Positions 59,405 to 64,000 of a DNA stretch of 64,000 nt are shown in pieces. The stretch is from a virus, in IMG/VR virus record IMGVR_UViG_3300043399_000633, positions 1-64,000 of that record; one strand, given 5' to 3'. Position 1 is the stretch's first letter. Every line of letters starts with the position of its first letter. The notes under the pieces are model-generated. The model did no database searches and was not told the DNA's origin. It saw nothing but the letters and a program-made list of their open reading frames with translations. Both the position numbers and the translations under genes were made by a program.

Positions 59405-60229
59405 ATGAATATTTCCTATGCTGATAATGGATGGACTGTGTTCATCAACGATGATCTAACCACATTGTCTAACGACGAAATAAAGCAAGTTGCTAAATTC
59501 GTTGTTACAAATATGGTTGTTGTGTTCAAAAAACAAAACCTTACTCCAGAACAGGAATTAAAATTCTGTAGAGTGATAGGCAATCACCAGTACTACCCTG
59601 CTTCGTATGAACGAGGAAAGCATATCAGATTGAATGACGGTATACTTAGGGTGACTGGTAAAAAAAATGAATATGGCGAACCTGGACTTTTTGGCCATAC
59701 TTCTGCACTTGATTGGCATGCCAATCAACCTAGTAACAAAGAACGTAAGCCATTGATTTGGTTGTACGGTGCAGAAGGGACTAAGGGTTCAAGAACAAGC
59801 TGGCTCAACAATATTGCTAGCTATCAGGATTTGCCCACTGATCTCAAAAATGAAATTGATAGTCTACAAGTTTTTTGTGGATACGCAAAAGGCAAGTATT
59901 CTAATAGTTCTTATTTTGTAGAACATGTCAATGAGTCTAATCCCATTGATCTTGTTCAAACAAACAAAGAAGGTAAGAAGGGATTGTTTTTTCCATTCTT
60001 ACAAATATTCGGCTTTAAAGATAAAGACGAACAGTATTTCAACAAAATAATGCAACAATTGATCGATCATGTCGTTCAAGAAAAGTACATGTATCATCAT
60101 GATTGGGATGACGGAGATGTTGTCATTTCAGAACAAATATTAAGCATCCACAAACGTTGGGCTTTTGATGATATGGAAAATCGTGTGTTGCATAGAATTG
60201 CGTTTGACTATTCAAACGTATACAAATAA
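59405..60229 (+). CDS. TauD/TfdA-family dioxygenase-like protein
   Basis: VVFKKQNLTPEQ, WHAN, WDDGDVVISE...HKR...RVLHR; start moved to ATG 59405. Confidence 0.8.
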   Translation: MNISYADNGWTVFINDDLTTLSNDEIKQVAKFVVTNMVVVFKKQNLTPEQELKFCRVIGNHQYYPASYERGKHIRLNDGILRVTGKKNEYGEPGLFGHTSALDWHANQPSNKERKPLIWLYGAEGTKGSRTSWLNNIASYQDLPTDLKNEIDSLQVFCGYAKGKYSNSSYFVEHVNESNPIDLVQTNKEGKKGLFFPFLQIFGFKDKDEQYFNKIMQQLIDHVVQEKYMYHHDWDDGDVVISEQILSIHKRWAFDDMENRVLHRIAFDYSNVYK

Positions 60230-60234
60230 TCATT

Positions 60235-60309
60235 GCTCGGTTCGTCTATCGGTTAGGACGCTGGCCTTTCACGCCGGAAAGAGGGGTTCGACTCCCCTAC
60301 CGAGTACCA
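60235..60309 (+). tRNA. tRNA-Glu(TTC)
   Basis: CTGGC-CT TTC AC-GCCGG; canonical T arm; ACCA end. Confidence 0.92.
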
Positions 60310-60318
60310 AACAATTTT

Positions 60319-60394
60319 GCCGCTTTAGCTGATGTGGTCATAGCAACGGTTTGAAGCATCGTGGAACTAGGTTCGATCCCTAGAGGCGGCACCA
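60319..60394 (+). tRNA. tRNA-Phe(GAA)
   Basis: ACGGT-TT GAA GC-ATCGT; GCCGCTT/AGGCGGC acceptor. Confidence 0.85.
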
Positions 60395-60400
60395 AACATT

Positions 60401-60476
60401 GCCCGCGAAGTATTAGCTGGTGGTATGCCGCCTTCGTAACGCGGAGGATTCAGTTCGAGGCTGAACGCGGGCACCA
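60401..60476 (+). tRNA. tRNA-Thr(CGT)
   Basis: GCCCGCG/CGCGGGC acceptor; loop TT CGT AA; C-C mismatch at the stem base. Confidence 0.75.
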
Positions 60477-60478
60477 AT

Positions 60479-60567
60479 AGTGAGATGCCAGAGTTGGTCT
60501 ATTGGCACTGATTGGAAATCAGTTGGTCGGAAACGGCACAAGGGTTCGAATCCCTTTCTCACTGCCA
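60479..60567 (+). tRNA. tRNA-Ser(GGA)
   Basis: ACTGA-TT GGA AA-TCAGT; long variable arm; GCCA end. Confidence 0.9.
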
Positions 60568-60570
60568 AAT

Positions 60571-60638
60571 TTGACAACAAATGCACTTGGTGATATACTA
60601 TGTGCATACGCTGAGAAATCAGCGACGATCTTTAAAAA
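60571..60638 (+). promoter_or_regulatory. Sigma70 promoter with boxB/boxA-like leader
   Basis: TTGACA-17-TATACT, then CGCTGA-GAAA-TCAGCG hairpin and GATCTTTAAAAA. Confidence 0.7.
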
Positions 60639-60640
60639 GT

Positions 60641-60825
60641 TGTGTTCTTAAGGCTGATGACGGCAATCGTCAGAAGGCTTTAATCCAACCCCGAGCAGAG
60701 TAGCTTTGCCGAGCGAAGTGTTAGGGAGTCTCTATCATTTAGCGGATAGGATACCGGCTCATCGAGCGGGTCACGGTGGGTTCGAATCCCCCTAGAGTTT
60801 ATTGGACGTCAGCCTTAAGAACATA
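60641..60825 (+). ncRNA. 185-nt structured RNA with 19-bp closing stem and embedded tRNA-like domain
   Basis: TGTGTTCTTAAGGCTGATG/CGTCAGCCTTAAGAACATA; internal AGCGGATAG D-like loop and GGTTCGAATCC T-loop. Confidence 0.6.
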
Positions 60826-60831
60826 TAGTAT

Positions 60832-60906
60832 ACACCGTGAGGCAGCTGGAGTGGCCGATAGTCCTTCAAACTATTGAGATGGGATCAAAACCCATACGGT
60901 GTACCA
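60832..60906 (+). tRNA. Atypical tRNA-Glu(TTC)
   Basis: ACACCGT/ACGGTGT acceptor; ATAGT-CC TTC AA-ACTAT (C33); T loop ATCAAAA. Confidence 0.7.
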
Positions 60907-60913
60907 ATCACAT

Positions 60914-60989
60914 GCCGTAGAGTCCACCTGGGGGTGATACTTCACTGTCTATGAAGCAGCGGCGGGTTCGATTCCCGTCTACGGCGCCA
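60914..60989 (+). tRNA. tRNA-Asp(GTC)
   Basis: CTTCA-CT GTC TA-TGAAG; GCCGTAG/CTACGGC acceptor; GCCA end. Confidence 0.85.
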
Positions 60990-61061
60990 AAATTGAGAAC
61001 TTCAATGAACACGAGGAGTTTAATTCATGAAGCGTCCTTCATGGTCTCATTCAATTTCTAT

Positions 61062-61140
61062 TCCGCGGAATCCGAGCGTGGTGCACGGACTTGACTGTTA
61101 ATCAATGACTAGCTGGGATCGTCACCCAGACGCGGAGCCA
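61062..61140 (+). tRNA. tRNA-Asn(GTT)
   Basis: TTGA-CT GTT AA-TCAA; TCCGCG/CGCGGA acceptor; atypical T loop ATCGTCA. Confidence 0.8.
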
Positions 61141-61184
61141 AACATTAAGACTTTAAATAATCATACTTAAAGTCTGACTAATGG

Positions 61185-61252
61185 TTGACAATAATTCGTG
61201 CAGGTGCTACAATACATGCATGAGTTGAGAAATCAACTAGTTCTTTATACAA
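61185..61252 (+). promoter_or_regulatory. Sigma70 promoter with boxB/boxA-like leader
   Basis: TTGACA-17-TACAAT, then AGTTGA-GAAA-TCAACT hairpin and GTTCTTTATACAA. Confidence 0.7.
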
Positions 61253-61319
61253 TTTAACGGTTTCAAGGTATTACGTTAAAGAGACACTGGGTTTTCACTA
61301 GTGTTCGTTGACGTAACGT

Positions 61320-61424
61320 GATACCATATTTCAACGCATTAGTGGAGGTTTGCTCAGTAATAGCAACCTTTAAATGAGATGGCTCTGATCTTATCACGCC
61401 AATAGTGTGTTGAAATATGGTATC
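61320..61424 (+). ncRNA. Conserved-stem RNA cassette A
   Basis: GATACCATATTTCAACGCATT ... AGTGTGTTGAAATATGGTATC. Confidence 0.65.
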
Positions 61425-61425
61425 G

Positions 61426-61509
61426 GGAGGTTTGGCAGAGCGGTCGATTGCGCCTGACTGTAAATCAGGTCTTAACAGCACGGTGGTTCGAATCCATCAG
61501 CCTCCACCA
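61426..61509 (+). tRNA. tRNA-Tyr(GTA)
   Basis: CCTGA-CT GTA AA-TCAGG; variable arm; ACCA end. Confidence 0.92.
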
Positions 61510-61515
61510 ATTATC

Positions 61516-61614
61516 GGGCACGTAAGCATCTAGCGGAAGATGCTACTCGCTGTGTTGCCATGAATACAGCAAATAAGGAGGAGAGTGCAGGTTCGAGTCC
61601 TGTCGTGTCCACCA
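61516..61614 (+). ncRNA. tRNA-like RNA with alanine identity and enlarged D and anticodon arms
   Basis: GGGCACG/CGTGTCC-ACCA (G3-U70, A73); canonical T arm; no 7-nt anticodon loop. Confidence 0.65.
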
Positions 61615-61620
61615 AAACAA

Positions 61621-61698
61621 TCCTTGAGTTTGACTGGTCTGCGCGCGGCTTGTTAATAGTTGGGAATGTCACTTTCGACAGTGACCTCAAGGGCCCCA
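61621..61698 (+). ncRNA. Degenerate tRNA-like RNA
   Basis: TCCTTGAG/CTCAAGGG stem; GTCACT-TTCGAC-AGTGAC T-like arm; ends CCA. Confidence 0.4.
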
Positions 61699-61704
61699 AG
61701 TTAT

Positions 61705-61820
61705 GGAGATAGAAACTGACAGATTGAATTAAGTCCTCGTGGAGGCGGATACTGGTTCAATGGTCAGCGGATAACGTGGACGGCGTATGGGTCATGCCTA
61801 TACGCAGGCGGTCTCCACCA
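61705..61820 (+). ncRNA. CCA-terminated structured RNA
   Basis: GGAGAT/GTCTCC-ACCA acceptor-like end; internal CTGAC/GTCAG and GCGTATGGG/CCTATACGC stems. Confidence 0.5.
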
Positions 61821-61825
61821 AGATA

Positions 61826-61902
61826 TAGGCTTTAGAGTGATTGGAAATCCTATCTCTTTCATGAGGAGATGTTGCGAGGTTTGAATCCTCGATAGCCCAC
61901 AC
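61826..61902 (+). pseudogene. Degenerate tRNA with CAT anticodon
   Basis: ATCTC..TTCATGA..GAGAT arm; CGAGG-TTTGAAT-CCTCG; imperfect acceptor and no clean CCA. Confidence 0.45.
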
Positions 61903-61988
61903 AAGTATCCCACACACATCGAATGGTGCGGTAAGGAATCAAGAGATTCTGTCGTGGGAAGTCTAGCAAAAAGCCGTGACGGCTAGAC

Positions 61989-62065
61989 ACCATAGTTCAG
62001 CACATTTTGAAGAAACCCGAGGTCTTCTACGACGGGACGGGGCTCTTAGTGTGCTGAACTATGGT
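61989..62065 (+). ncRNA. Conserved-stem RNA cassette B
   Basis: ACCATAGTTCAGCACATT ... AGTGTGCTGAACTATGGT. Confidence 0.65.
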
Positions 62066-62111
62066 AAAGGAGTAATTAACCTCAACCATACTCGGAAGTC
62101 ATGACTCCGAG

Positions 62112-62240
62112 GACCCGTGGTAGTTTAATGGCAAAATGAGAGAGATGATGGGTTCGTGACCCATCCGTCCTTAGTCGGGGCGTAGGTTAAGTGTAAACCG
62201 CAGACAGATGAGGGTTTCGAAACCCCTCCCACAATGGGTT
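62112..62240 (+). ncRNA. Double-elbow tRNA-like RNA (two D/T arm sets, no anticodon arm)
   Basis: D1 GTTTAATGGCAAAAT, T1 GATGGG-TTCGTGA-CCCATC, CGTCC/GGGCG stem, D2 GGTTAAGTGTAAACC, T2 GAGGG-TTTCGAAAC-CCCTC, closed by ACCC-GTGG/CCAC-AAT-GGGT. Confidence 0.55.
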
Positions 62241-62320
62241 AATATTCAAATTGCTAAAGTAAAATGCTAAAAACCTCAAGTAAATGATAAATAGTTACAC
62301 AACTACTATAGCATTTTACT

Positions 62321-63025
62321 ATGAATTACAAGAACATTTACCATACTCTGATTACTAGAGGCAAAGAAAGAAAGATTGAATCTGAATATAAGGAAATACA
62401 CCATATTATTCCTCGTTGTTTGGGTGGATCAGATGAGATAGAGAATCTGGTCGAACTAACTCCAGAAGAACATTATGTTGCCCATCAACTCTTGATAAAA
62501 ATCTATCCAGATAATCATTCTTTAATTTACGCAGCAAGGATGATGATTGTCAATCGTCCATCAAATAAATTGTATGGCTGGCTTAGAAGAAAATACGCCG
62601 AAGCGGTGTCAATAAATCAAACTGCCGAAGGGAATTCTCAACACGGAACTAAATGGATAACAAATTTACAGGGCGAACAAAAGAAAATAGAAAAAAGTTT
62701 GGTAATTCCCGAAGGATGGGTTGCAGGTAGAAAAAAATTGAGCACTTGTAAATATTGTAACGCATCGTATCTAAAAATTACTAATACAATATTTTGTTCA
62801 GTGATTTGTAAATCATCTTATACTCAGGAAATATTGAGTACTCGGATGAGTAGTAATAACCCAATGAAGGACCCATCTGTTGCTAAAAAGCAAGCAGATA
62901 AGGTAAGAGGTAAGAAAAAGAGCCCACACAAGAGAAAACGAACAGAGGATCACAATCAAAAATTATCGGTTGCGTCGAAGTTGGTCTGGGAAAAAAGAAA
63001 ACAATCTAAAGTGGCGGTAGACTAA
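62321..63025 (+). CDS. HNH homing endonuclease (T4 Mob-like)
   Basis: EIHHIIPRCLGGSDEIENLVELTPEEHYVAHQLL; GATAAATA upstream. Confidence 0.88.
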   Translation: MNYKNIYHTLITRGKERKIESEYKEIHHIIPRCLGGSDEIENLVELTPEEHYVAHQLLIKIYPDNHSLIYAARMMIVNRPSNKLYGWLRRKYAEAVSINQTAEGNSQHGTKWITNLQGEQKKIEKSLVIPEGWVAGRKKLSTCKYCNASYLKITNTIFCSVICKSSYTQEILSTRMSSNNPMKDPSVAKKQADKVRGKKKSPHKRKRTEDHNQKLSVASKLVWEKRKQSKVAVD

Positions 63026-63077
63026 TTGGATAAGTCGCGGCGAAATGGTGGTTTCGAAGTCCACCCCACAATGGGTT
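63011..63077 (+). repeat. Diverged duplicate of the 3' half of the 62112-62240 RNA
   Basis: Shares GTAG..., GGTTTCGAA and CCCACAATGGGTTA, with compensatory stem changes. Confidence 0.65.
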
Positions 63078-63179
63078 ATTATATTTCAGCGCATTAGCAC
63101 TGGCTGCTACCACAGTCAGACGTATTGGTAGATATGCTGGGCAACAACGCCGCCCGGGTAGTGTGCTGAAATATGGTAA
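63076..63179 (+). ncRNA. Conserved-stem RNA cassette C
   Basis: TTATTATATTTCAGCGCATT ... AGTGTGCTGAAATATGGTAA. Confidence 0.65.
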
Positions 63180-63277
63180 GCCTTAATCCAACTGAGGAAC
63201 AAAAGATCGTCAGAGTCGCGTCTGGTAAAGATCAAGTAGTTCCAATTAGGTGACTCAAGGCTGGTTCCCGGCGGGGA

Positions 63278-63414
63278 GCCATATTGAAGCACATTTCTTG
63301 GCTAGTAGCGGAAAGAATACTTAATCGGGTCAACGAGCCTTTACTCCTCCCGAAGAACGGTATCGTAAAGATATAAGGACCGTCTATGTATTGTGAAGTG
63401 TGTTTCAATATGGT
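63278..63414 (+). ncRNA. Conserved-stem RNA cassette D
   Basis: GCCATATTGAAGCACATTT ... AAGTGTGTTTCAATATGGT. Confidence 0.65.
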
Positions 63415-63522
63415 ATGAGAGCCTCTTCAACGACCAGAGTGTCTATTATTGTTGTGGAGATAAAATAGTAGACCGATCTAGATTGGGCAGTGTCCACTAC
63501 TCATAATTTGCTCATACCATTT

Positions 63523-63611
63523 ACCATATTAAAACACATTAGCCTACCTCCACCGAGAGGTAGTTAAAGATAATGACAAGCAACAGCCAGTGTGTTTCAT
63601 CGAGACATGGT
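63523..63611 (+). ncRNA. Conserved-stem RNA cassette E (3' arm partly degenerate)
   Basis: ACCATATTAAAACACATT ... AGTGTGTTTCATCGAGACATGGT. Confidence 0.5.
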
Positions 63612-63700
63612 CTTACTCAAGGATCGCGGTGTTGGGAAGAACGGGAATACATAACCGTCTGTAAGCAATCCTGCACATTGAGAGGGGGTGGAATTCCCCC

Positions 63701-63858
63701 ACCATATTAAAACACATTAGCCTACCCAAGGGCTTGTAGACAGTGGTTGGAAGGATCTACACAAGTGCTATCGCAAGAGGCAGGAACCATCCAGGTGGTG
63801 CTGGACCCTGCGGGGGCTTCGAAATCCTCAGATAAGCCGTAGTGTGTTTTAATATGAT
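63701..63858 (+). ncRNA. Conserved-stem RNA cassette F
   Basis: ACCATATTAAAACACATT ... AGTGTGTTTTAATATGAT; first 26 nt identical to cassette E. Confidence 0.65.
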
Positions 63859-63962
63859 AAGGATACATATGTTGTATGATATTTGATGGAACACCATGCT
63901 TTCTCATGTCATATAGCAAAAGTGGCAGGTTTGTAGCGTACCTGTTGTATAAAAACGCTATG

Positions 63963-64000
63963 ATCATATTGAAACACATTGATCCTAACGATTGTTTAGG
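63963..64000 (+). ncRNA. Conserved-stem RNA cassette G (5' arm only; runs off the window)
   Basis: ATCATATTGAAACACATT matches the 5' arm consensus. Confidence 0.5.

Noticed and set aside
60654-60676. Hammerhead-like CTGATGA...GAA
   Set aside because: The GAAA core and flanking stems I/III are not properly formed, and CTGATG is used in the long closing stem
60832-60906. Opal suppressor or tRNA-Sec reading (TCA) of loop CCTTCAA
   Set aside because: With the 5-bp ATAGT/ACTAT stem the central triplet is TTC; there is no Sec-type long arm
61516-61820. tmRNA
   Set aside because: The alanine-type acceptor end is present, but there is no mRNA-like domain or tag ORF of suitable size, and no clear two-piece arrangement
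60413-63979. Short minus-strand ORFs across the tRNA/ncRNA region
   Set aside because: Antisense to RNA genes, with no coding hallmarks
61320-64000. CRISPR array interpretation of the repeated ACCATATT motifs
   Set aside because: The repeats are paired inverted arms with irregular spacing and structured interiors; no cas genes in the window

Overview
A 64 kb segment of a large, AT-rich, T4-like tailed phage genome. The host may be a proteobacterium, inferred from the Bug/TctC, pstS, iscU and ahpC/ahpD homologues. In order, it contains: (1) the end of a scaffold gene and the gp23-like major capsid gene; (2) a 2839-aa collagen-like (Gly-X-Ser/Thr)n fibre followed by glycosyltransferase and methyltransferase genes; (3) nrdAB, glutaredoxin, PAAR and putative structural genes, a SleB-type hydrolase, metK and iscU; (4) NDP-sugar genes, an isolated amber-suppressor tRNA(CUA) directly upstream of a gene with TAG at codon 3, Pho-box-preceded pstS, and ahpC/ahpD split by an ADP-heptose gene block; (5) an ~18.5 kb island of tailoring enzymes (8 small HxD...H oxygenases, 3 radical SAM enzymes, 2 desaturases, a Rieske oxygenase, 3 PP-loop ATPases, 2 Bug solute-binding proteins, GNATs); (6) a ~6.7 kb RNA-gene region with tandem sigma70 promoters, 13 clear tRNAs, 2 HNH endonucleases, a TauD-like gene and many non-canonical structured RNAs. 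The most striking unexplained signals are a family of RNA cassettes sharing a covarying ACCATA-N6-C(A/G)CATT / AGTGTG-N6'-TATGGT closing stem around unrelated structured cargos, the suppressor-tRNA/amber-gene pair, and the twice-repeated oxygenase + PP-loop + Bug module. All assignments come from reading motifs by eye; no database searches were run.
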